From NCBI GenBank assembly GCA_010909165.1, contig MU008227.1, positions 46,016-110,015 on the forward strand: a stretch of DNA of 64,000 bases, in the 5' to 3' direction. Below are positions 13,901 through 24,665 of the stretch, one piece after another. Below the pieces are notes generated by a model. It ran no database searches and was not told the DNA's origin. It saw only the letters and a program-made list of their open reading frames with translations. The translations under genes and the position numbers were made by a program. This DNA comes from Anthoceros angustus (taxonomy: Eukaryota; Plantae; Anthocerotophyta). Position 1 is the stretch's first letter. The number at the start of each line of letters is the position of its first letter.

Positions 13901-14105
13901 ACGCCGAACGGGTCCTTAAACGCTTGGCCACGCCTTCGTCCGGTGAACGCAGTTGTTAGCCGTAAAAACGAATGTGTGTGTTGAGTCCTAAACGGTACTA
14001 CGTGAGGTGAGAAACGATTAAAACGTGGCCAACGGAGCCTATCATTCTCTTGGGAACGACCTCCTTACGACATCGACGGATTGTCTGATCGCCGGTGACG
14101 CGGCA
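10914..14105 (+). mobile_element. 3' portion of the giant gypsy LTR (ORF C-terminal half, GGACC/GGTCC repeat tract 12880-13200, promoter region, ends ...GCGGCA)
   Basis: Homologous to 7200-9000 and to the inverted copy at 14581-16800. Ends in CA two bases before a PBS. Confidence 0.7.
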
Positions 14106-14107
14106 TT

Positions 14108-14124
14108 TGGCGCCTGGTCGGGAA
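14108..14124 (+). other. Primer-binding site TGGCGCCTGGTCGGGAA (degenerate tRNA-Asp-type, as in Athila-like elements)
   Basis: TGGCGCC starts 2 nt after an LTR-terminal CA and just before gag. Confidence 0.65.
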
Positions 14125-14156
14125 TGAGATCACTCCGTAGCCTAGTGGGAAGGTAA

Positions 14157-14580
14157 GTGTGGATGCGTGGAGGACGTGAGGTAGTCAAGAACGAATTGCT
14201 GAGTGAGCCGGACGTTGTGACCGCCAGAGCGCTCCGAGCGCAGGCACGTGAGAGGCGACGAGCTCAACGTGAGAGCTCCAGCCGGCAGGTAAGCACGGTA
14301 GACTTGTCGGATCGTGAGGAGGAAGTAGCACAAAGTCAGGCGGCAGTAAGGGGAGTGGTTCCTCAACCCCTGCTGGTCGTGGCGATGGCAACAACATCGA
14401 CCAAGCAAGCGTACTCTCTCTTTGGAGGTAAGAAGGAGAGGGACGCGGAAACCTTCGTGGAGGATTTCGTGTCTCAAGTAGCTTCAACGAGAAGGTTGAT
14501 CTGTGCCTCATCCAAATTGCTCTAGGGGTCTCTGGGAACAATGCCTGGTGGTACCGGAGGAAGTAAAGCCACCACGCCCC
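14157..14580 (+). pseudogene. gypsy gag N-terminal fragment (the missing 5' part of the gag broken at 5766)
   Basis: FGGKKERDAETFVEDF gag motif. Stops at the same gag position where the 5766 (-) fragment resumes. Confidence 0.75.
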
Positions 14581-16800
14581 GTGGCGCGATTTCACTGGCC
14601 ACCGGCACAATCCCGTGTCGTTGTAGTAAGGAGTCCGTTCCCAAGAGAATGATAAGCTCCGTTTGCCTTGTTTTGATCGATTCTTACCCTACTTTGTGAC
14701 CGCTCAACCTTAACACACACACAATCGTCGTTTTGCACCTAACTATTCATAATGTTCACCGAACAGGCCCGGTGTGGCCAAACGTTTAAGGACCCGTTTG
14801 CGTCCGTATCGTTCACGCACGTCACTCGTTCCTCTAGTCCGTTCCTCTCACCACTCTCACTACACTCATCAACTTTGGGAAAGAACGCAAGTGGCTACAG
14901 TCACCTCCTCCTGCTCAACCGCCTCTCCGGCTTTGCACGCCTCCCGAGTTCCTCCGGCTTCACACGCCTTCCGATCCGCTCGGCCGACGGGCCGCCCGAA
15001 CGAACAAGGGTCCCGCCGCCTTCCACACACACCACCACCACACGTTAGGGTCCGCCACTGTGACTCGATCTCTCGGCGCCGTGCCTTTCGGTGACTCAGA
15101 CTCACGTTAGCAAGAAGACACACAAAGGTCCGTAAGAAAACGCAGATCAACACCAAGAGAAGATGATTTATTCAAAGCGGCCCTCACTTTTATACTACGC
15201 CAAGGTCGACGCCTTTATTACACCTCTATTCGAACGCCAGGCCACAGCCCTAAACGCCGCCTACTATCCCCTATTCCTCCTATCGCCGCTTGGCAAGGCT
15301 GGGCCGATGGCCTCGATTCCTTCAGCACCGCGCCCAAAGCCGAGCTCCGACGATCACGTGCGCCCAATCAAATGATCCGTGAGGCGGACCCTTCCTCCTC
15401 CGGGGGTTCGGGTCGCGCCACGGCGGTGGTCGACAACGGCGGTCACCACTAAATCTTCCTCGCCTCCTCTTATCTCAAGGCCTCGCAATGGGCCTCCAGG
15501 CCGGATCTGGGCCGTGATTGGTGGCTCTCCTCCACTTCCTGAAGTTCGACCTCGTGGACCCTGGCCCCACTGAGTCCGGACCTCTAGGTCCGGGGTCTTC
15601 TCCGGGGTCCCAGGCTCGTGTCCGCTCGAGTCCGGACCTGGGTCCGGACTTGCCTCCGGGTCCGGCCTGACCCAACCCTTCCCTAGAGTCCGAACCTCGT
15701 GGTTCGGACTCACACTAGAGTTTGGATCTCAAGTCCAAACTCCTTCGTGGGCCTGGACTTGATCCGCCTTTTCTCAGAGTCCGGACTTTGTCCTGACCGC
15801 AGTTCTCACGCCTCCTGCTGATCACGGCTCATCCACCGAGCCTCCTTGGTTCCCGAATGCCCGGCGACCTTTCCAGCCTCCCAAGATCCGCCTCCTTCCT
15901 TCCATGTGAGGGTGCCGAGTGCTTACCTCCGGTAGCGACCTTCCTCCTCCCCGCCGCTCTCTCGCCGCGCTGCCAAATGGCCCTTGTGGCTCCCGTACGC
16001 ACTGCCCCGGGTCCGGCCCTCCCTTGCACCTCCTTCCCGACCTTTCCGGGAGTCCACCTCCGCCTAGGGTGGCGCAGACCTCCAGCCTTGAGGAGCTCAT
16101 GTGGTAGAGGCGGTCGGACCGACTTCATGAATCGCCTTCCTCCACATGAGCCCCGAGCACCTTGCAGACTTCTCCTCCAGAGGTGCTCCGGCAATGGGCA
16201 TGTCGTCCCCGCCGCCTCTGTGGCTAAGCTTAGTCACCGTAGGCGGGCGGACTCTTGAGGCCGCTGGCTCACATTCCTGCAGCCTCACGTCGACGCTTCT
16301 CAATTTCGTTCCAGCCCGCCTTATGGCCATGGAGCCGAGCTCCTTCGCTTCCTACAACCGGACGAGCAATGCTTTCTCCTCCGCTCACTCTTTCCCGAGG
16401 TCCGCCATTTTCCAAAGCGGGCTGTATCCCCTGCCTCGACTTCACTGCCATCTCCTCGCCGCAGCCTTTGCGACGCCGAACTCCTTGCACCACGCCTATT
16501 CTCCTCCGTCTTCAAAGCGGAGCTGGAGGCATTCTATCTCTCGCTCAAGTCTTGATTCTCTGAGAACCCCTGCCTCAAGGCCTTGGAGTTGCAACCCAAG
16601 GTGTCCTTGCTGCCCTCCAGCCTCCCCGCCGCCTCTACCTCCCGCACTGCACTCGAGGTCCCCGATCTCCCGGTGACCTCGTGCCTCCTCACGGCCGACC
16701 GTTTGCTCCTCACGCCTTCGCCTTCAAAGTTGGCTCCGCCCCACTCGCCTGCCCACCGGCTTCGATCACGCCGATAGTGATCGCGGTCGCCGCTGCAGCC
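14581..16800 (-). mobile_element. Inverted 3' portion of the giant gypsy LTR (TATAAAA on the minus strand at 15188-15194)
   Basis: Reverse-complement similarity to ~11880-14105 and 8080-9123. Terminus ...CGCGCCAC. Confidence 0.75.
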
Positions 16801-16959
16801 CGACCTGTGCAAGAGCCTCAGAACCCTTTCACTTCGAGAGAGAGGACTGCCTTGTAGGAAATCTGCCAGATCTTCCTGAACAGGGACTATGGGACAAAGA
16901 ATGGTGCATCCATGAAGAAGGCACTGATTCCACTCAGGCAAACTTTGATCCCATCCTAG

Positions 16960-17230
16960 TCTTGTGGGTCAATGGATACATGGACGTGCTAAAGACACAG
17001 AAGATAGTGGTGGGTTACATCCTATGGGCCTGGAAGTACTAGGTCAGATCAAAGGTGAGAGTGAAGCTTTTGATCTGCACCATGAAAGAGAAGTTTTATA
17101 TGAAGACCTCAAATTATCATCGGATGCTTGGGTTGAGTGCGGACAAGTTGATTCCGAGATGCTACAGCACACCAGACTTCCAGACAGGACTTGATGTTGC
17201 TTTTACACTCAACAAGCTGAGCCTACTTCT
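16960..17230 (+). pseudogene. Highly decayed copia reverse-transcriptase relic
   Basis: GLDVAFTLNKLS resembles the copia RT motif TRPDIAFAVNKLS; little other support. Confidence 0.3.
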
Positions 17231-17329
17231 ATTCTTTGCCGTTAGGAGCTGGGTAGTTGAGGTTTTGGTTGTGCCCTGCTGACCTTGTGGATAGGCCTGC
17301 GGCGAGCATGCGCACGCATCAGCAGACGG

Positions 17330-17515
17330 GGCCTAGTGCGCGACCGGCCGCTAGTATGAAATTGTCTTCGTATCACCTTGTTCGTGCACTAGTGCGCGTG
17401 GAGAGGCCAGTGCGCCCACAAGTGCGCACACTGGCCCAAAGCCTCATACTAGTGCGCGCACTTGCCCCTTGGACTCCGGAAAATGTGCGCACTGGGGCCA
17501 GTGCGCGCACTTGTG
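17330..17515. repeat. Cluster of AGTGCGC/GCGCACT motifs in both orientations
   Basis: Repeated agtgcgc(g/c/a) words and their reverse complements, immediately upstream of the ParB-MTase relic. Confidence 0.55.
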
Positions 17516-17578
17516 TACTCACTCGGGTGTATTTTTGGCCTACAGTATGCTAATCCCTTAATGGTTGTCTTTTGCCAG

Positions 17579-19966
17579 ACGTTTATGAATGCGCTCACAT
17601 TTATCTGCAAAGAGATCGTAGTTGGCTTGAATATGACGAAGATGGACGAGCAAGTGGTCACCAACCTGGCCAGGAGATTATATTTAAGAGGGAGTGTATT
17701 TATGAAGAGGCGGATGATGAAGCCATGGATTTGAACGCACATGAGGATATCAACAAGAATGAGAAAATGCATAGCGAGGGGGCATCCAAACTGTCCTCAA
17801 ATGCATAAAAAAATAAATTGTTTTGCCATCAGCAGAACAAATATTACAGAGCTTAGAAGAAATCCGGCATGAATCTGAAGTAGAAAGAGCAAGGGGATAT
17901 ATAGTCGAAAGAGAAAAAGGGAACAAGACAGGCCATGACAAAGACCAAGACGAGGAAATAGATGAGAAACTTCAGGAAACTTCAGGCGAGTGATAACCAA
18001 TGCAGTTATGACAAACAACGATAGAGTGGAGCGAGCACAGCAGAACAGGGATCCTCTTAACCAAATTCGGGAGTCCGAGCACAAAAAGAGATGCATACCT
18101 CATACTGACATGGTTGCCATCACCAAGCTGAGAAGTGCTAATTATTTAACCTGTGATGCTCAAATCCGAAGAGTAGATGAGTCTTGGGGAAAGCATCTTC
18201 TCCGAGAAATAAAAAAGGGACCAGAGCAAGAAGGAGTCTCCCCCTGCTTTGTATGATAGACCCAAGAGAGTGCTCAACGGTCGAGAACTATGATAAGGAT
18301 AAGCTGAAGAAACAACAACACACTATGGGAGTCTTAGGTGGAAATCATAGCTCCTATGCTTTCCAAAGACTATATGTAGAAGACTCAGAGAATTCGCACT
18401 ACCAATATATGGAAGCCCATATCTATGTACATGGAGATGAGATGATTGGCCACGATCACAATGTTACAATGAGATGTCGGAAAGCGTATGTCTTTCATCG
18501 AGCAAGTTTGATACATCTACGATGAGATGAAGATTGCAGCTGCGGATGGCGTCAACATTACTATCGAATGGAAACACAATCTTTACAGGATGCTCGGCGT
18601 TATAAGCGATGCTGCAGACCGAGAAGATATGCAACGGTTTGTAGACCGCTGTGCTCTGCATTGTGAGTATCCCGGCGCATGTCTGAGATACGGTGGATGA
18701 AGTATTCGACCTTTGGGAGAAAGGTGAGCTGCTTGAGCAGAGAAACCGCAAAAAGGGAAGCAAAAGAGGTAAATCAAAGCGCGGAGGCCCAGACCCAGAA
18801 CTTGCAGTACGTGACCCTAATCTCATGATAAAGCCAATGCATGCGACGAACTGGCGGGCATTCCAGGGTATGCCTCCTGGAGAGGCAGGCAACCGTATTA
18901 TGCTCTCAACATTGGAGAAAGTAATTCAGGGAGAGTTAAGCGTGAGTGGCATGAAAAAGTGGATCATAAAGGCAAAGAAGTTAAATGTTATCCAAACAGC
19001 TTTCTGTTTAGGTTTACGGTGTACTTCATTTGGTGAAGTTGAGAGAGAGTACCCAAGGCACTCTACGGCGGATGACATCGCAAAGTTTCAACCGGTCTTC
19101 AACTACATTGTAAGTTATTAGTTGTTGTTGTTGCTATCTGGTACTAGGGGTTAGGATGCATGAACTAGTTTGCGTATCTCCCATCAACGTCACAATTCAC
19201 AAGGCATTTTTTTTGCGCGCAGACTTTAAAGCAGCCGGAAGAGTACAAAGAAAAAGTCATTCAAGATAGCTTCAAAGAGCATATCAACGCAGCAAGGAAC
19301 TGGAAGAGGGTAGAAGACCTTCAGAGAGAACTAGCAGAGGAGGACAACGATGCTAAACTATCCATGTTGCAAGTCTCAAAAAGCAAACAAAAAGTCAAGT
19401 ACCAAGTAATCACCGGTGATATCCAAGAAATGGCCGCCTATCTTGGAAAGCGGGAATACAAACTGTTGGTTGTTGACTTGCCAAGAGGGAATTTATCAGA
19501 ATCATGGGATAAGGAGATGACATCTGAAGATTTTGAAAAAATCATGGACAAGTTCATGATAGTGACGGTCTACAAAACCTTTTGAGTGATATTTATACAT
19601 GGTCCAGATCAGATGCAAGACGTTCGGAATGCGCTGCGTAAATGGTGTGGGCGCGGAGGTGTTCATACCATGGTGTGGGAGAAAGACAATTTGGTTATTG
19701 ACGAAGGTCTATATGAGACCTGCGAATACTTTACAGTGAGGTATGGTGTCCACCCAAAAGTGGAACATGCGAGGAAATGCAGTGTGTTATGCAATAGTGG
19801 AGTCGAGGAAATTGGAGCCATGCTTGCTTTCATTAGACACAACGCCGTCGTGAAAGAGCTTTTGAATGTTTCAAACGATAGTCATGTGGTTTGCCCTTAC
19901 CAGAAACCAATAAGGCTTATGATTATGCTTTATGACCTTTTCACCGAAAGAGGGGACCAAGATTAG
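17579..19966 (+). pseudogene. ParB/Srx-like domain + beta-class amino (N4-cytosine/N6-adenine) DNA methyltransferase-like fusion gene; frameshifted, premature stops, 3'-truncated
   Basis: VLGGNHS (ParB-like GxHx) at ~18330. YQVITGD...YKLLVVDLPRG...SWD (motif IV DPPY-like), MVWEKD and CPYQKPIRLM..LYDLFTERGDQ (the HPTQKP...T..GD segment preceding motif I). GT-AG intron 19110-19222 joins ORFs 18693 and 19364 in frame. Confidence 0.65.
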
Positions 19967-20635
19967 CGTGAGGGGAAGTCTCATATGTCCACGTGAAGTC
20001 ACCAAAATTAGCGTGAAAAAAATCTGCTAACGTTTCATTGCCACAAAGCGTTTTATTACCACAAAAAGTTTGGCCCTACGGGTATCATCGTGGGCTCGTC
20101 CATACTCACCCTCTTGTGCACGTCACCTTAGGCTGGCCGTAAGAGCCGTCCCAACATCCAGCAAGACCACCACCTTTGATTGTAATAGTTTACCAAAATG
20201 TTCCATACCTTACGTCCCAGAGATAATATCGCAAAGGAGTACGTTCGATCAATTTGGTGGGGTTCAACTCCACATGCAAACACAATAGCATCTAGAAACC
20301 ACAAAATATATCAAACAACCAAAACAACTGTTCATCGGATCGGGTAAGCACGGAGGAACGTTGAGAGTTAACTCAGCCTAGCATCCTCAGTGCATTCACC
20401 TCCGGATCAGGTCCGCAACTTCCAGCTAAACGAGGCTATCTAGTTGTACACGGCCTCTTGTCAAAACTGTGATGGCGATATACAATGTCATCTAGTGGCC
20501 CACGTAAACACGGCCAATAAGCTACAAACAACTCCGGCAAGGGTAAATGCCCTGCATCTGGAGAGCCTTCAACCCCTCAAGCCATCATCGACCTGCAAGA
20601 TGGGAGAACAACCAACAACGCCCGGTCAGTAAGTC

Positions 20636-20675
20636 TGTATTATAGCTCGAGAAGGTGTATTATAGCTCGAGAAGG
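20636..20675. repeat. Perfect 2 x 20-bp tandem duplication TGTATTATAGCTCGAGAAGG
   Basis: Seen directly; lies downstream of the ARI stop codon. Confidence 0.9.
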
Positions 20676-20861
20676 CATGAAAAAAACGACCTCATCGGAA
20701 TTGAGGACCCACCCCACCGCTTGCTGTTAAGGGATCCTTCAAGCACAGGGTGTAACAGCGCCCTTCGCGTGCTATCATTGAGGCTCCTCAAGAAGGTTCA
20801 GGTCTTAAACCCAAATCCACGTCTACCACTACAGCTGCATTGACTTGCCCCAAGCTTCCAT

Positions 20862-23800
20862 TCAGGGCTTTAACTCAGAACCTACCATCCGAGTGGTCTT
20901 CCTTTCCACAACACCAGTTTGGGAGTCCAAATCGCCCCAGTCAGACTCCAGTATGAGGGAAGAAGTACTGTGTCGCTTGTCCGCATCAATCAAAGCTGCT
21001 CCTGAGGTTGATGCTTCTGCACATCCGGATTCCACCTGCTGTTTAGGATTAGTATGGGTATTTTCATTGGGTCTCTTTGCAGATGATAATGGACTGGGGT
21101 CCACATGGGTTCGTTTCAATCCCTTTCCCTTTCCGCAAAGTTCAAGACTGTTTCCTGCCCCGTCAGTTACATCCACTCTTCTAACTGCTCCCCCACTGGG
21201 TAAGTGCAATCCTTGAAGAGCTGCATGCTCACCTGCAGAAGAGCAAACAGAGACATTACAGAGTCCCTAAAGACTAACAAATTTTAGTGGGCAACAATAG
21301 AGATATACAGGAATGGAATTACAATTGAGGGATAAAGCCAGCAGTATTGATCACCAACAACCGCTAATCCTGCCCATCAAACTATACGCACATACGCTAA
21401 ACCCTCACACTAGATGCTGTAGAAAGGTTCCCTCTCAAGACAGATCCTAGCAGCTCTAGGAGGCAGCAGGCGTCCACATCAAAAGCACCACACCATGCTC
21501 ACAAGTCATGTCCCATTTTTCAAATGCACCACAGATCAAATCCAACACCACTTTTCCTCACCCTAAGACGACATGCCCCCCTTGCAAAACAACTGAAAAA
21601 TCTGTGCTAAGATCCAGTTCTCACCATCAATTAGAGAGGTACTCTGCAGTTCATCCAGTCTCTCTGTACGCACTCCGTGCACTGGTCCTGACTTGTGGTC
21701 AGTATCTTCCATGAGCTCAGAAGCACGTTCAGCACCTTCAGATTTATACGGTGCTATGTGATGTGTTGTTAACTGCAAGGAGCCCAACAAATCATTCTCA
21801 ATCACCTCATACCTGCCACAGACGGACAACATGAGTGACGGCACGAGCAGTCCCCAGATGAATATGCCAAGGTTATGTGACGAGTGATCACTATGCAACC
21901 AAGACATTCTTACATTCTCCGGCAAAGCGTGTCAGTCAGCGCAGTCATATTTATGACCTGCATTCGAGTCTCTGTCACTTGACTGTCACTAGTGCTAAGT
22001 TCCAGAGGCATCTCAACAAGCTTAGCAAGCCGCTCAACCGTCTCTTCCAATTGCTGTTGTTGATCTTCAAAAAGGTTCTGATTTATGATATTCTGCTCCC
22101 TAGAAACGTCATCCTTGAACAGGTCATTCCCAAACATAAAGAATGCTAGAGCAAAGGAGTAAGATAAGGCTCTCCTGGCTCGGAAAAGTCTTTGCAATCC
22201 ATTTGTCAGCCAGCTGTAGTCCTTCACAAGGGATTGACCAGCTTCCAATTTTGTGATTTTGCTCTGCAGAACCTCACATTGCTTATCCTCAAACTTCAGA
22301 GAATCCAAATGCCCCTTCCAGCGTGAATGATAGTGTATATAGCGCTTCAAGTCCCGCTGGGCTCTTGCTGCTTCCTTTTCTTTCTCCTCCTTGTACCGGC
22401 CACAACTGTGACCCTCGATTGTACTCCAATTGTGCTCTCGACCGGTTGCAGCACCACACAACCAGCTAAGCAAGATGCAACAACGTCAGCAGGCTGAGAA
22501 AGCCACTTAGGGCATAAGGTAAACTCTGCAGATCCAGCGTAAAAGGATGCAACATTCCATGAATGTACATAAGTTCTAGTGGTGAAGGACAACAGACAGA
22601 TGGCCTAGCTGAAGCATCAACAAAAACATATCTTTCTCGAGTATACTACCAGCATGCTTATAAACTCAGATTTATACTCAATTATCATTACCCAGCATGC
22701 ATATTAGAGTGTGAAAGAGAAAGAGGAAGATATGTTTTACCAGAAAGCTTGGCCACAGACGCAACCCACCAAGTTACAGCCACCATTCTTTTCCACAGGT
22801 TTGTGACATTTAGGACAAGGCTTAGTGTGAACTGTAAGCCAGTTCACGGTCTCCGACTCATCCTTGCACTTCTTGTCCCATAGATCCCACATCAGACAAG
22901 AGCATGGAGAGTGTGGCTCTGCCATACAATTGAAACAAAATTGTTGCCCGCAAATGCACTCAATCTCGCAATACGGCTCACCTTCAACCCTAATAGCATT
23001 TCCACAATGGGGGATGCTAGGACACCACTTCACTTTGGCATTGTCTTCAATGTAAGATTCTAAGAGAAAGCGCTCATAGCGCTCCAAAGTTTCGGGATCT
23101 CTTGCACCTACTAAATGCCGCACCTTCTCCTCATCACATATAGCACTACATTGATGTTCCATACAGGTGACACGTCTGCTTTGACCTTCCCGAATCTTCA
23201 GTGTAAAATAATGTGTCCAACCTGAACAGATGAGGCAACCAGGTGACATGACAAACAGAACCGCCATTTGCAGACTCAGTCCTCCAATCACATAAGCAGG
23301 AGGAATGCTTCTCGACTAAAGGAATTATTTATATTCTGCTGTGCAGAATCCCTTCTCTTGCCAGTCACTCTATGAGTCTTTTAAGTCAAGAGGTGTCCAA
23401 GCTATGTAACAGTGCCTGACAAGTGCATGTAAGCATCACGTACACTCATTGCAGAAGCAGTGACCACAATCCATCGTCGATGTCTCTGTACGAGAAACCT
23501 CTTCCAGGCAAGTCCCACACATGAAGGGTGCTGCGAAGACATCTGCTGAAGAGGAACTTGTGCAAGTTGTATTGATCCGTGGTGGCAGCCCAGCTTCCAG
23601 AAATAAGCGTTCTTCACCTTTTTCTGCAAGCGTACCAAACAAGGACTCCATGTTCCACCGGTGGTGTATAAGTAGTGTGCGTGCATGGTGAAGCCTTATG
23701 CCCAGCACATCCACCACTTTCTTTAAGTCGTCACTCTGCTCAGCCCACCAGGGGAACATATTGAATGCCTGGAACACTCTCCAATCGCTCCGCAAGTATA

Positions 23801-24307
23801 TACAAGAGGTGGCACTTAATTGAACCCTCCTGCTGGGAAATAGGGTTAAAAGACTGGAAAGGACCGAAACAGCCAACATGAGTCAAAGTACCTGGGCAGC
23901 AAGCAATGAAGCTTTGGTGATGACCTGAAAGCACGCAGCGTTGCCAATCAGTGAGTACACGGACCATTTGCATGACGAAAGACACAGTCCCCAGAACCCT
24001 TGTCATGGACAGATAAGGTAAAAGACGGTGCATAACAGAACACGCTTGCAATTTCAGGAAATTCATTACCAGCCTGTCAAACCAGTCGAAAGCTGAGCAA
24101 ACACAATAGCCACAGATCAGAGTGCCTAAGCTCCCAGCCACAAGATTTCCAACGCGCAGACAATTCAACAGACGGGGCTTGATGTCTGTTAACAAGTGGA
24201 AGGCACCTCACCTTGTGACAGGGATCTGACTTGATGAACGGCCCCAAGCCCTCTTCCTCATCGTCGCCTCCTGAGTCGCTGAAGTAATGGCTCGAGTCAT
24301 CGCTCAT
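20862..24307 (-). CDS. ARI1: ARIADNE-family RBR E3 ubiquitin ligase (ARI1/ARI2-like), about 7 exons
   Basis: Acidic N-terminus, RING1 (CGTC...CGHCFCNEC), IBR (WCPSIPHCG...CICGQQFCFNC...HSPCSC), RING2 (CPKCHKPVEKNGGCNLV), Ariadne domain (RYIHYHSRWKGH...LFEDQQQQLE). GT-AG introns. Paralog assignment uncertain. Confidence 0.93.
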
Positions 24308-24665
24308 CTCATAACACCGGCAAGCCAGCAGAAGGCGCGGTACTCAGACTATTGGCTATGGACGTGTAAAAATTGGATGTTCCCAGCTCCTCAGTGTGGG
24401 TTTACTGTACATATATAGGCTTACTACGTTCAGTGCAGCGACCTGTTTGAGCTTTTGTTTTGGGCTGCCGCTGTGGGTTCGTTTCCGATCTACATTTCTA
24501 AGCATCGTTTTCCCCTACCCGTTTTGGGTTGCCGCTTTGGGTCCGTTCCCGATGTAGGGATACGTTTTGCCCTTTCCGTTTTGGGCCGCGTTGTAGAGGC
24601 CTTTTTCGCTTTCTGCAGGAGAAGCGGCAGGAGCAGCACAGCGAGAGGCAGCCGCCGGGAACAAC
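24308..24665. promoter_or_regulatory. Probable bidirectional promoter between ARI and eIF2D
   Basis: Only 358 bp separate the divergent start codons. Confidence 0.55.

Noticed and set aside
6000-16800. Many overlapping 60-200 aa ORFs as separate genes
   Set aside because: They are by-products of GC-rich, frameshifted retrotransposon sequence.
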